A stretch of DNA of 63,951 nucleotides, counting the filler, from Saprolegnia diclina VS20 (Eukaryota), in assembly GCF_000281045.1 (NCBI RefSeq). It is 4 parts of 2 records of this genome, joined end to end, with 100 filler letters (N's around TTAATTAATTAA, not from the genome) between each part and the next. Parts side by side here need not be neighbours in the genome. Positions count along the whole stretch, not along the records: positions 1 to 25,410 come from NW_008246076.1; 3 more parts are not named here. The stretch is one strand, 5' to 3'. The first letter of the stretch is position 1. Each line of letters begins with the position of its first letter. The translations under genes and the position numbers were made by a program. Below are positions 11,227-23,216 of this stretch, piece by piece. The notes below the pieces were generated by a model that ran no database searches, was not told the DNA's origin, and worked only from the letters and a program-made list of their open reading frames with translations.

Positions 11227-11580
11227 GTGGGATGTACAGATGCGTTTCAATCGACTATGTTTTTATACTACAAGACGACAGTCAACCGTGCTCGCGCCGC
11301 GAGAGCGCTGAGAATAGGATCGCGCCGCCCAACAGTGATGGCACTTGCCTTGACCACGCCGCCACATGCCAAGCAAAAATGGAAGCTACGTGCAGTGTGC
11401 AGTGGGTGCATCTCGCCCGTTCATAAAGTGTCGTGTCCCATTGGTCTAGAGCAAGATGATCGAACGTTTCGCCTTGCAGCCGCTCGATTCTCGGTAGAAC
11501 GGAGCACCCAAACCACCGGCGGTGATAGCACAGTCGTGTCGCATAACGCAGGTACAGCATGCCCGCACCTTCATGCGCTA

Positions 11581-11692
11581 TATTTGGCACCTTATTTGGC
11601 ATCTTATTTGGCACCTTAGTTGACACCTTAGTTGACACCTTAGTTGACACCTTATTTGGCATCTTATTTGGCATCTTATTTGGCATCTTATT
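11581..11692 (+). repeat. 9 x 12-bp minisatellite (TATTTGGCAYCT / TAGTTGACACCT)
   Basis: Directly visible; variants arranged in 3+3+3 blocks. Confidence 0.95.
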
Positions 11693-11890
11693 GTGTCGTA
11701 GCGCGCGATGGCCCACCTTGGTGCTTTGCAGATGGCTTTCAACGGGAATCTCTTCGCCTTTCGAAGGTGAGGCGCGTTCTCTGCATGCTGGGTACTGCGG
11801 TCGACAACGACGGCTGAATTCACCTTGCCCTGCAGCCGACCACGACACTTCTTCATTCATTTCTCAAACAGTCACCAACCCACCGCAGTG

Positions 11891-12877
11891 ATGAACATTT
11901 ACCCGCAGCAGACGTACGAGGTCGACGCTGGCCGGTCGATCGGCCACGCCAACCCGGCCATTGACCGCGCGTGCAAGGAGATCCAAGCCGCGTCCGCCGG
12001 CCTCGGAACGAACGAAGCCAAGCTCAGCACGGTTCTTGGCAACAAGTCACCCGTCGAGCGCTGCCTGGTGCACCTTCGGTACCCCGAGCTGTACCACAAG
12101 TCGCTCCTCTCCGAGATGGCGTCCGAGACGTCGGGCAACTACGGCAAGCTGTTGCAGCTCCTTTCGCAGCCAATCGAGGAGGCCGAAGCCATGATTCTCC
12201 GGGATGCGACCAAGGGCGCGGGCACGACCGAGAAGCTGTTGATTCCTGTCCTCAGCGGTCGCTCCAACGTCGAGCTCAACATCCTCAAGAAAGCCTTCTT
12301 CAAGCTCTACCAGACCGACCTCGTTGTCGCCATCAACGACGACGTGAGCGGCGACCTCAAGACGTTTTACCTTGCGGCGCTCAACCAAATGTCGCAGGCG
12401 TACAACCCGAGCATCCACACGCCGGCCAAGGCCGCCGAGATTGCCGAGACCATCTTCAAGGCCGGCGAGGGCAAGTGGGGCACAGATGAAAGTGGCTTCT
12501 CGAATGCTATCTGCTCGATCCCGCCGCAGTTCGTCGCGACCGTCGACGCCGCCTACGCCGCAAAGCACTCTCATGGGCTTGTGCACGCGATCCAAAAAGA
12601 ATTTGGCGGCAAAGCCGAAGACGGGTTGGTGTACCACGTCAACATCATCTTGCACCCGATCGAGACGGTCGCCGAGCAGATTGAGAGCACGATGAAGGGC
12701 ATGGGCACGGACGAGTATGGCCTCTCGGCGGCCATGGTGCGCTACCAGCACCTCCTCTCCCAGGTCAAGCCAGTGTACCAGGCCAAGTACGGCAAATCCC
12801 TTCGAGACCGCATCAACGGCGAGACGAGTGGCGACTACCGCGCGCTTCTCCTCACGCTTCTCGACCATGCGATCTAG
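11891..12877 (+). CDS. Annexin (four annexin repeats)
   Basis: Endonexin-fold motifs GLGTNE, GAGTTE, GKWGTDE, GMGTDE; ETSGNY and ETSGDYRALLLTL. Confidence 0.95.
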   Translation: MNIYPQQTYEVDAGRSIGHANPAIDRACKEIQAASAGLGTNEAKLSTVLGNKSPVERCLVHLRYPELYHKSLLSEMASETSGNYGKLLQLLSQPIEEAEAMILRDATKGAGTTEKLLIPVLSGRSNVELNILKKAFFKLYQTDLVVAINDDVSGDLKTFYLAALNQMSQAYNPSIHTPAKAAEIAETIFKAGEGKWGTDESGFSNAICSIPPQFVATVDAAYAAKHSHGLVHAIQKEFGGKAEDGLVYHVNIILHPIETVAEQIESTMKGMGTDEYGLSAAMVRYQHLLSQVKPVYQAKYGKSLRDRINGETSGDYRALLLTLLDHAI

Positions 12878-13128
12878 TCTAGTCGTTCGTAGTAGCGTCG
12901 AGCATAAATCATTTTTCGGTTTTTAAGATGGACAATATATCGATGTTTCAAGGTCTATTGGCAAGGGATCATATTTATGGACCCTTGTGTTTAGCTGTCG
13001 ACGCGTCCGATGTGCAGTTCTTAGGCTACTATATCGCACTGGCACGCGCCCCTCTCGCATAACTCTTGCGGTTGCTTTCTCTTCCACTATTCATTCAAAA
13101 CATACTAAAATTGTGCAAGAACTTAAAT

Positions 13129-16100
13129 CTACTTCTTGTGCTTTTGCTTGCCGACCTTTTCGAACCGGCTGACGGCCGTGCGCTTGTTGCGCTTGGCCAT
13201 GAGCTTCGGGTCGAGCGGAATGAACGCATATGGCTCCAGCTTGCCCTTCTTCTTGATGTCGCCGCCGGCCTTCTTGGCCTTGTACTCTTGGCCCGCGACC
13301 GCCTCGATCTTGCGCTTCTTGCTCAGTCCCATCTGCTCGAGCTGCTTTTGCACATCACGACGCACGACGTCTTCGTCGTCCGACTCCATCGCCACGTCGT
13401 CGTCCGCATCCGGCTCGCCGGGAATGATCAAGCGCCCGTCCTTGGAGAACTCAAAGTCCTCGTCGTCGCGGTGGGCCTTCTTGGTCTTGCGCGAGTTGAC
13501 AATGTTCTTGAAGGCCGAGTTGTCGAGGAAGTCGACAATCTCGTCTTCGGCGTTCTCCTTGATGTAGCTCTTACCGACCTTGAGGTTGGCGGCCGACTTG
13601 CCCGACGCCTTGGCCGACGGCTTGGCGTCTTCGCGGTCGCTGTCCTCATCGTCCGAGTCTTGCATAAACTCTTCAAACGACTGCGCCTTGCTGCCGCTGT
13701 GCCCGTCGTGCTTCTTGTCCTTCTGGCGGTCCTCGCGCTCCTTGGTCTTGCGGATGTGCGTAATGAGCTTCTTGTCGCCTTCTGGCACAAGCGACGCAAT
13801 GTACTCGTAGCCATACTTGCGACAGAGCTTCATCATGATCGTCCGCGTCTTGGCGCGGAAGCGCTGCTTGGCCTCGCCGATCCACTTGAGAAGACCCTCA
13901 ATGATCGACGGCAAAAACTCGACAAGCGCGTCCTTGGACAGAATCGCAATGCCGAGCTTCATGAAGCCAATGACCGACTTGATGACCTCACGGGCCTTCT
14001 CGTGGAGGAGCATGAGCACCGTGCGCATGAGGTCGGGCATCGCATTGCGGATCGCGTCCTCGGTGCGGCCAAACTCAAAGACGAGCCGGGACATGCAGAG
14101 GACGGACGCCGACCGCATGTGGGGCGTGCGCGCGGCAAGACCACCGAGCACCATCTGCAAAAAGTCCATGAGGCCGGCGCCGGGTGTGCTGTGCTTGGAC
14201 TCGACGAGGCGCGCCATGGCGAGGAGGAGCTCGAATGCTGCTTCGCGCGCCTTGGCATTGGCCTCTTTGGTGCAGAGCATGATCTCGCCGACAAGCCCAG
14301 GGATGAAGCTCACGTCGTCGTGCTGCGTACGCTCCATGGCCGACACAATTTGGTTGAGAGCGCGGAGACGCATCTTCTTGGCCGGCACCGAGCACGTGAG
14401 GAGCGACTCGGAGAGCGACTCGATCATGTCGGTGAGCTTGTCGGGCGACGTCGCAAACGCCGGGTGGTGCTCACAGAGCTGGACGAGCACCGAGTACGAC
14501 CGCTTCTGCATGATCGGGTCGGTATCGTCGAGCAAATACGGCTTGACGACGCGGTACAACAGCTCGACCTGGCTGCCGTCAATGATCGGGATCAGCGCCA
14601 TCGCGATGCTCATGTGGAAGTGGGCTTGGGCCTGGAGACCGAGCGTCGCGGGCGCCTTGGGGTCGCTGCGCTTGTACTGCGTCGTCGTCTCGAGAAGGGT
14701 TTGCATGAGCTGCTTGAAGACGCTTTGGATAAAGGCCGGCTCGGCGAGCTTGGCGTAGCCACCGATGGTGTCGGTCAACCTACGAGCGTTGGGTCAACAC
14801 TGGAAGCATCAAGCGACAAGACGTACGTCGGAAGCCGCTCCGAGTCGACTTCGACATCCAAGCCCTCGACGATCGTGATGAGAAGCGGGATGAAGCGGGC
14901 CGCAAACTTGGACAGCGCCATTTGGTCAGCCGCCGCGGTGGCCACGTCGTCGCGGTTGGCGGCCTTGATGAGCGCTTGGAGACCCTGGCACACGAGCAGC
15001 TGGAGCTCCGGGTACCGCTTGTCCGACATGGCATTCGCGAGCGTCTTGGCGATCTTCTTGAAGCTTTGGTTCAGGTCCGTGGGCTTGGTGCAAAAGCTCG
15101 GGAAGAGGCTCCAGAGCTGCATCGTGCGCGCCTGCATGCGCTTCGACTCGAGCGGCGTCGTCGAGTCCGACCGCGCGACCGCCTCGCAGTTCTTGGCCAA
15201 GTTCAAAATGTGCGTCGCAAAAAACTCGAGGCGCGACGGGATCTGCTTGACCGCGTCCCGGACGACCGGGATCAGCCACGTGCGCTCTTCGACAATGCCG
15301 GCGCCGTTCTGAAGAGGCACGACGGCAATCATGCGCTCGGCGCCAACCGCGATCGTCGACGCGATCATGAAGCGCGTGAACGCTTTGCGCATCTCATCGG
15401 AGGCCTGCGGCATCGCATCCATGGCTTCATAGAGCTCGACCGTCGTCTTGAAGACGCCGTCAAAGCTCGGGCTCGCACCTTGGCCAAAGAAGGACACGAG
15501 CGACGACAGCAGCACAAAGATCGACGACCACGCGTGCTGGTAGCGCAGGTTGAGGAGGCTCTCGAGCGAGAAGAGCACACGGGGCGCGGCCGACGACAAG
15601 TCGAGCGTCGCTTGGAGCGCAACGTTGAGGCACTCGGCGGTCTTGCGGTGGACCTGGACGTGCTGCGATTCAAAGTAGGTGCACATGGCGACGACGACGC
15701 GCGGAAGGAGCTCCTGCGCATGCGCCGCGTGGAGCGGCTGGAGGCGGGCGACCGACCGGCACGTGATGTGAATGAGGCAGATCGCCACGTCCTTGTCGTG
15801 GACGTTGGCGTCCATTTCCAGCACCGTGTTGAGCGTGCCGTAGAGGCACGCCGCCGACACTTGCGACTGCGGCGCCGAGACGAGCGCGTCAAGCGCCTGC
15901 AGCGTCACAAGCGACAGCGTCTTTTGGTTGGCGCCAAGGAGCTTGAAGAGCGCTTCCGTGAGGCTCGTCACGACTTCGGACGGCAGCAGCGGGAGCGCGC
16001 TCGCAAGAAAGCCGACGAGCTGGAGCACCTTGGTCTGGTCCTTGGCGACGGCCGAGGCGAGGATGTTCTCGGCGAAGCTAGCAATGTGCGTCGAGAGAGC

Positions 16101-16690
16101 GTCGCAGTGCGCATCAGCGTGCACTTCGAGGATCTTGACGATCGAGATCTGCGCCGTCTTGCGGATCTTGGGCTGCGGGTCCGTCGCAAGCGCGAGGAGC
16201 ACGTGGAAGGTCTTGAGCACCGTCGGGTGGCTCCACACGCTCGGCGTCGGCTCGAGCGCCTGCAGCACGAGCCCGAGGCAGACAAGGCCCGACTTGAGCG
16301 ACGCGACGTCGCTGTTGGCTTGCGCGTCGTGCATGACGCGCACGAGGCAGTGCGCGACCGCATCAAACTTGGTGCGCAAGACCGCTTCATGGACCTCGGG
16401 CAGCACCATGCTGAGCAGCTGGAGGATCTCGTGTGTGTGCGTGGCGTCCGTGCTTTCGAGCGCCGTCATGAGCGCGGCAAAGTACTCGGTGTTGGAGATC
16501 GACTCGGCGTCGTTGGCCGGGCCACGACGCTCGAGGATCACATCGGTGATCGCAGCCAAGACAATGTTGAGCTACAGAATGGCCATATGTCAGCGAGGAT
16601 GCGAGAAGGGTGCTCAGAGGAGAGGCGTACCTTGACCTTGGGCGCGTGGTTCCCGCCGGCATGGCGCCGCAGCTCCGAGAAGACGTCCAT
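13129..16690 (-). CDS. RRP12: RRP12-like ribosome biogenesis protein (HEAT/NUC173); 3 exons
   Basis: DPQPKIRK, QLWSLFPSFC, EIMLCTKEANAKAR and C-terminal GQEYKAKKAGGDIKKKGKLEPYAFIPL. Introns 16572-16630 and 14780-14826. Confidence 0.92.
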
Positions 16691-17271
16691 GTAATTTGGA
16701 TGGCGGCAATTCACAGAGTTGCAACTTGGATACGGTCACACCTTTTCAAGCACCAACCATTCGGCCATATTGGGAAACGGGCCAATCAATGAACCGGATA
16801 CGAATGCGTCCATTTGATTGGCCAAAATCGGTATAAGAATAGGCGCATCGTCAGGCGTGGTTAAATTCGGCACATTTCGTCGACACCTTGCGCATGCGAT
16901 CCCGAGAGGGATGCACGTGTCGGAGGGGTCCGCTGCTCGTCCAAGAACGTCATTGCGTGACGTCCATATCGGTCATACAGCGTATGACGAGCAGGCGTAT
17001 GTCGTCGACTACAAACTGTAGTTGGAAAGGCGGTGGTGCTTTGCGCGGATGGCGCCTCGCCCTCGAGCGCGGTGACCCGCCCACTGCACGGTACCTCCTT
17101 CGATGCCGACAGGCACGGTGCATCGCATGGCAGTGTACGTTGCGCGTACAGGGCGACTGCAACGACGATATCTCGAACCAAGATACGTCCCTGGGCCAGG
17201 CTTAAATGTGGCAATGCCGAAAACAACAAGATTCCGGAAAGGACAGGCCAGAAAAGAGGGCCACCAACATC

Positions 17272-20200
17272 ATGTTTAGCTTGGACGCGCCGTTGCAGCC
17301 GGCGATCGATGGCTTTGTCGACCCCGAGAATGGCGACCAGCAGCACACGACGCACCTCAACAACGTCGTCATGAGCGTGCATCGCAAGACGCCGATCGAG
17401 CAGGTCATCCAGGGCCTCGGCGCGCACCTCACGCACGCCCAAGACAAGCGCCGATCGCGGGCCATGCTACTCCTCGCCGAGGTGCTCACGCGCCTGCCAG
17501 ACTTGCGCTTGAGCAGCGACACGGCGCACCTCCTCCTCACGTTCTTTCTCGAGCGGCTCAAGGACGGCCCGAGCATGGGTCCATGCTTGAAGGCGCTCGT
17601 GGCCCTCATCTCGCTCCACGCCGCGCTGCTGCCTGCCAACGACGCGTGGACGGTACGCGCCTCGTGTAGCATGCATGGTACCAATGACGCACATAGGTAG
17701 TCGAGACGCTCCTCAACCTCCCGACGCCGATCGCGTCGTTGAGCCAGAGCATGCGCAAGCAGAGCTTTGAGCTGCTGCAGCTCATCGTGCGTCGCGGCGC
17801 CCTCGCCGACCACGAAGGGCGGGTGCTCATGGATGGCTTCCTGCGCGCCATGAGCGGCGAGAAGGACCCGCGCAACCTTCTCTTTTGCCTCCGGTTTGCC
17901 GCCGAGCTCCTCACGACCTACGCAAGCATCGTCGACGCTGACGTTGCAAAGGGCTTTTTTGATGCAACGTCGTGCTACTTTCCGATCACGTTTCGCCCGC
18001 CGCCCAACGACCCGTACGGCATCACGTCCGAGGACCTCGTGCTGGCGCTCCGCAGCGTCTTTGTCGGCCACGACAGCCTCGCCAAGCACGTCCTCCCCAT
18101 GGTGCTCGACAAGCTCAGCCGCACGACGGTCGTCGAGATGACCAAGGACATTCTCGAGACTTTGGCGTTTTGCTGCGCCAAGTACCCGCTCAACCGCCTC
18201 TTGTTGCACTTTACGCCTGTCGCTGCGGCTGTGTACCACCACGTGCTCCACGGCGACAACACGGCGGTCATTGCGGTCGCGATCGAAGCGCTCAAGACGA
18301 TCACGCGCGCGGTCTCGCCGCCGAGCAAGCTGCCCGGCATGCAAGCCCTCGCATGGAACAAGTGCATTGTCTACTTGGTCAACCAAGCGGTCGAGGACCT
18401 CTCGCACCAAGCCCCCGACTCGATGGTGAGCACGGGCGCCGGCAACGTGCTCTGTGCGATCGCGAGCGTCGGTGTCGCTGGGTTCAGCCACGTGCTTGCA
18501 TCGGCGCTCGCGCTGCTCTTGGAGCAGTGCGCAGCGCAGGCCGGGTCGCCGGCCGAGGCGGCGACAGCTCGCCTTGTGAACCTCCTCGGGTGCATCGACG
18601 CCGAGGTCGACCACTCGGCGCCGCCCCTAGTCCCGTACGTGCATGCGATTCAAACGACGCTCGTGCACGGGCTTGAAAGAGCGATTTCGAGCCGGCAGCA
18701 AAAGCTGTGTCTCCAAGGCCTGTGCTGCCTCGTCTTGCGGCCGCCGTCGCCCCTCTTGGACGATGCTTCGCTCGAGTTGCTCTTGCAGGGCTGGACCAAC
18801 ACGGTGCTGACGAACGCGTTCCCGGACGTGCGTGACGAAGCCACAAGCACGCTCCAAGCGATCGCGCTCAAGTCGCCGGGCCTTGCGCACCTCGTATTGA
18901 CGCGCTGTGTGCCGTCCTTTCTGCATGTCCTCGAAGAGCCGGCGGTACGCTTTATCTCTCTCAATATGTCTTCCATTGTTGCTAACTCCATGGTGAACTA
19001 GGCCAATGCGGCGTCCGGGCGGTCGATCGACGTCATGGTGCACGACACGCTCGCGGTCCTCACGCAGCTGTCGCTTGCGCCACCGATCTTTGAAGCGCTG
19101 TTGTTGCCGCTCTGCCAGATCGGCTGGACTCACCCGTTTGCAATCGCGACGATGGCGGCCGCCGCCGACATTGTCCGAATCAACAAGGGCTCGGTTGCGT
19201 GCATGGATTACGTCATCCTCGGCACCAGTGACACGTCGTCGTCGGTGCTCGCCCGCCTTGTCGACGCGCTGGTCGTGCACGTTCGGACGCAGTCGATCGA
19301 CGTGCGTCCGATCGTATTGGCCACCGCGAGCATGAGCGCGCATGTCATGCAGTGCGGGTCTCTCGTTGCGCAAACGACGTTGCTCACGTCGACAGTGCAG
19401 TTGGCGCTGACGTCGGACATGTCACCCTTGCGCGGCCACGCGCAATTGCTGCCGCTGCTGCACGCAGTCCTCTACTCGTGCGGTGCGGCGTTGACGGCGC
19501 TCGACCCGGACGTGCTGCCGCGCCTCTTGCCGCAGCTCTTTACGCTCGCTGCGCAGAGCCATGGCGACGACAGCATGGCCAAGGCGCTCGCCGCGCTCTT
19601 CAACGTCCTTCCGGAAGAGACTCCGTTGTTTGCATTGTACTTGAACTGGGTCACGTCGCCCGAGGCGCGGCTTGAAGGCATGGCGTCGCCGGCGGCCGTC
19701 GTCGTCGATGCGAGCAGCTCGCAACATGCGCGGCTTGCGGCGCTGCAGACGTACGTCTACCTCGGCAAGGCCATGGTGCTCCGTGGGCACGCTACGTATG
19801 CGCCGGCCATGCTCTCGTTCCTCTGCTCGCTCTTGACGTCGCCCTTTGACCTGCGGCCGGCGGTGGCCACTAGCTTTGCAGCGCTGGTCGCCGACTCGGA
19901 CGATGTGCTCGCGCCGGCGTGCCACGCCTCGATCAGCGTACGTGCTGGACCTTTGATACATTGATAGATTGATAGAATCCCATGGTGTCTAGTGCGTGCA
20001 CCGTCAGCGCACGTTTGCGCATGTGTTCCCGCTCCTCTTTCAGTCGAGTCTCGACTACGAAGGCCGCGTCGCGCTGCTCTTGGTCGTCGCCCACACGCCG
20101 CAAGCGATCCTTGTGCCGTCGCTGGCGCACATCGCGCCGCTCGTCATTCTCGCGTTGACCGAGACGGGGCTGCTCGGACACTCGGCGCTGGCCACCTTCA

Positions 20201-20569
20201 AGGTACGGCCTGCGTGGATGCATATCGACGGACGTGTGAGGCTGGTGGTGGTAGATGTGCCTGCAGCAAGACCCGAACCTCGTCCAAGGCTTCTTCAAGG
20301 ACGTGTTCAACGGTCTCTTGTGGCAGACGCAGTTTGGGTACGCTGGGCATGCGATATGATACACTGGTGTGATGTATGATGCCAGGCAATCGGCCCGGGA
20401 CCGCATGGACGCGCTCGACTGCATTGGCGTGCTGGCGGCGACCAAGTACGAGCTCATCCACCCGTACAAGGAGATGGTCATCAAGCGCCTCTTGGCGCCG
20501 ATCGACGACCGAAAGCGCGTCGTCCGACAGCTCGCCGTCAAGGTCCGCAACAAGTGGTCCATCTTGTAG
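17272..20569 (+). CDS. MMS19: MMS19/MET18 cytosolic Fe-S assembly targeting factor; multi-exon
   Basis: GEKDPRNLL, CYFPITFRPPPNDPYGIT and C-terminal DDRKRVVRQLAVKVRNKW; several short GT-AG introns join the ORF pieces. Confidence 0.92.
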
Positions 20570-20660
20570 ATAGCACGTAATACAACGTCAAGAGAAGAAG
20601 AGACATGGTTGCGTCGATGACCACACAGTAGACAGTGTTGTGATGGCATTGGTACGTGGA

Positions 20661-21529
20661 CTAGACGCTGCTAAGATCCTTTTCCTTGGCCGTCAAGAGC
20701 AAACCAATGTCCTTGATGCTCTCGTCCGTGAGGCGCTGGATCTAAATGGGACAATGAAGATAGAGGAGAATGAAGATAGAGGAGAATGAAGAGATGGAGA
20801 ATGCCTACCTTGTCTTGCTCGCGCTTGATGTCGTCTTCCGAGATGCTGTCCTTGAGCTTCTTGAGGTCGTTCATGCCGTCTTGGCGCACGCGGCGAATGT
20901 GCTGGCGCGCGGCCTCGGCTTGCTTCTTGGCGGCCTTGATGAGCTCGTCGCGCGTCTCTTTTGTCATCCTACCCTCGTCAAAGATGAGTCGCTTGCGCCA
21001 AATGTCTTTTGGACATACTTGGGAAACCGAATGTCGAGCGTCGTGCCATTCGGGTGCACAGTGAAGGACGGGTTCATCTCCTCAATGGCCTTCTTGGCGT
21101 CCTTGATCATGGACGGATCGTAGACCGTGATCGCGAGCTCGTGCGACCCGACGACCGACACTTGGCCGAGCTGCGGCAGCGGCACCATTTGGCCGTACGC
21201 CGAGAGCATGAGATTGTCAAAGATGCCGGCGTCGGCCTGGCCCGGGCGCATGGCGCTCAGCACCTTGGTGTAGTTTAAGACGGCGCCCTTCATGTTCTTT
21301 TTGACGTCGTCTTGCGTCTTCTTGCTCACGTCGTCGAGCGAGACGCTGACCTCGGGCGCGGACTTGCCCTTGCCAGCTATGCAAGGAGACGTCGCATGAG
21401 CATATGGCCTTCACACAACATAGATGTACCCTTGGCCTTCTTGGAGAACGGCCGGGCGACCAAGGACGGGGCGGCGGTGAGGCCCGCAAAGCGGCGCGCA
21501 GCGCAGTTGACGGCGAGGTGGCGCAACAT
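20661..21529 (-). CDS. MRRF: Mitochondrial ribosome recycling factor; 4 exons
   Basis: Transit-peptide-like N-terminus MLRHLAVNCAARRFAGL; MRPGQA..AYGQMVPL..ITVYD; MTKETRDELIKAAKKQAEAARQHIRRVRQD. Confidence 0.88.
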
Positions 21530-22109
21530 ATTGATGCCAAAAATACGACCACAGAAATGAGTCCATGGATATCCGAATACGTCCGGATAACATACTAAAC
21601 ATGGCTACATGTGGCTATATATGGCTACTACAACATGTAACAGTGTGGTCGATTGCACTTGCTGCACCGCTCCAACGCCGACGTGACGTAGCGTGATATG
21701 CTTCCTAGACTATCTGCTATCGCTCCGCCAACTATGGGCGACTTCATTAAAAACTTCATTCGGCGCGCCCGAGCGCGCGCGCGCGGTGGTGTACGCACCC
21801 AAGTCGCACAGGATTGGTCAAAAGTACAAGAATAAAGACCAATGGAATCATTTAAATGCCATATTGTATTGCATACAAATTAAACGCTTTGCATCTATAT
21901 TTAAATGCAAGCTGCACATCCGCCCCATCTCTGTCACACGCGGCTGCCACGTCACCGACTGAGTTGGGCTTCGACGCGCGCAAAACGATCGCATCCCACG
22001 ACCTGGAGATACCTTGTGATTGCGTCCGGAGGTTCGTACCGAAGGCTTTTCCCTCCACCACAGCTTTGGCCACCAACACGGAGCTCAACAAGCACAAACA
22101 ATGAGCGTA

Positions 22110-23216
22110 TCACACGGTATTAGTCACATCACGCGAGCGCTTTGGCGCGCTCGTGGTACACGTACTCCAGCAAGTCGTAGCTGCTTTGCGCTTGCAGCTC
22201 CGTGCCGGCTGCGATCGCCGGGCAATAAACGGTTCTAAAATCGATGCGACGTCGTCGTGGCCATGGCGCCGCGCCACGCGCCACGCGACGAGCGGGTTGC
22301 CTTCCATCCGATGCGCCAACAAGAAGGCGACGACGTCTGCATGGCCGTACGCCGCGGCTTCGCGCAGAGCGACCGCCGTGCATCCGGAGACATCGTGCGC
22401 ATGCAGGTACTGCACCACGGCCAAGTGGCCACTGGCGGCGGCCAAGTCCATGACGACAGGGCCGCTCGCATCGTCCAAGTGTTGGTGCAAGTACTTGACG
22501 AGAGAGAGGTGGCCGTGGTCGGCCGCAAGGGCCAGCGCAATGCCGGACCCCGTCTCGCCTCGTTCGAGCAAGTAGGCCACAATTGGCACATGGCCCGCGC
22601 TCACGGCTTGGTCAAACGCCTTGTCGTGGACGCACCCAACGGCGTGACGGTGTGGATACAGCGTCTCGACGATCGCGAGGTCGCCAGCCTTGGCAGCGGT
22701 CGTGAGTGCATGGCAGACGCAGTCTTGAGCATACTGCTCTTGGAGAAAGGCGACGCTTTTTGCGTCATGGCACTGCGCGGCAGCGAGAAGCGGCGTCGGG
22801 CCCCAGTGCGGATACGCAATCGCGTGGAGGTACTTGAGCACGCGGAGCTGGCCGTACGCGGCGGCTTGCAGCGCGAGGTGCTGGCACTGGTGCAGCGAGA
22901 GGCGGCGGTGGACGTTGTGGAGGATCTCCACGTGGCCGCGGGCAATGGCATGTTTGACGAGGCAGCTCATGACAAAGGCAAAGTCGCGGGACCGGACGCA
23001 GCGCACAAGACGCATCAAGAGGCCTTGCTGCAGCGATGTCACAAACGGTGCGATCGCCGTGTCGAGCGCAACCATGAAGCTCGTGCGGGACGTTGATTCA
23101 TCATGGTGCAGCGACTTGAGGGTCAGGACCGCGCTGAAGAAGGGTCGAACGTCCTCAAAGATACCGTACTGGTACGACGCGATTTGGCGCATCAGGTCCG
23201 GGTTGCGCAGTGCCAT
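22110..23216 (-). CDS. Ankyrin-repeat protein (expanded oomycete type)
   Basis: N-terminus LRNPDLMRQIASYQYG; repeats AAAYGQLRVLKYLH, MDLAAASGHLAVVQYLH, AAAYGHADVVAFL. Confidence 0.85.
   Translation of the reverse strand: MALRNPDLMRQIASYQYGIFEDVRPFFSAVLTLKSLHHDESTSRTSFMVALDTAIAPFVTSLQQGLLMRLVRCVRSRDFAFVMSCLVKHAIARGHVEILHNVHRRLSLHQCQHLALQAAAYGQLRVLKYLHAIAYPHWGPTPLLAAAQCHDAKSVAFLQEQYAQDCVCHALTTAAKAGDLAIVETLYPHRHAVGCVHDKAFDQAVSAGHVPIVAYLLERGETGSGIALALAADHGHLSLVKYLHQHLDDASGPVVMDLAAASGHLAVVQYLHAHDVSGCTAVALREAAAYGHADVVAFLLAHRMEGNPLVAWRVARRHGHDDVASILEPFIARRSQPARSCKRKAATTCWSTCTTSAPKRSRDVTNTV

Noticed and set aside
11158..11692. Short direct repeats resembling a CRISPR array
   Set aside because: Units are contiguous with no unique spacers, there are no cas genes, and the context is eukaryotic.
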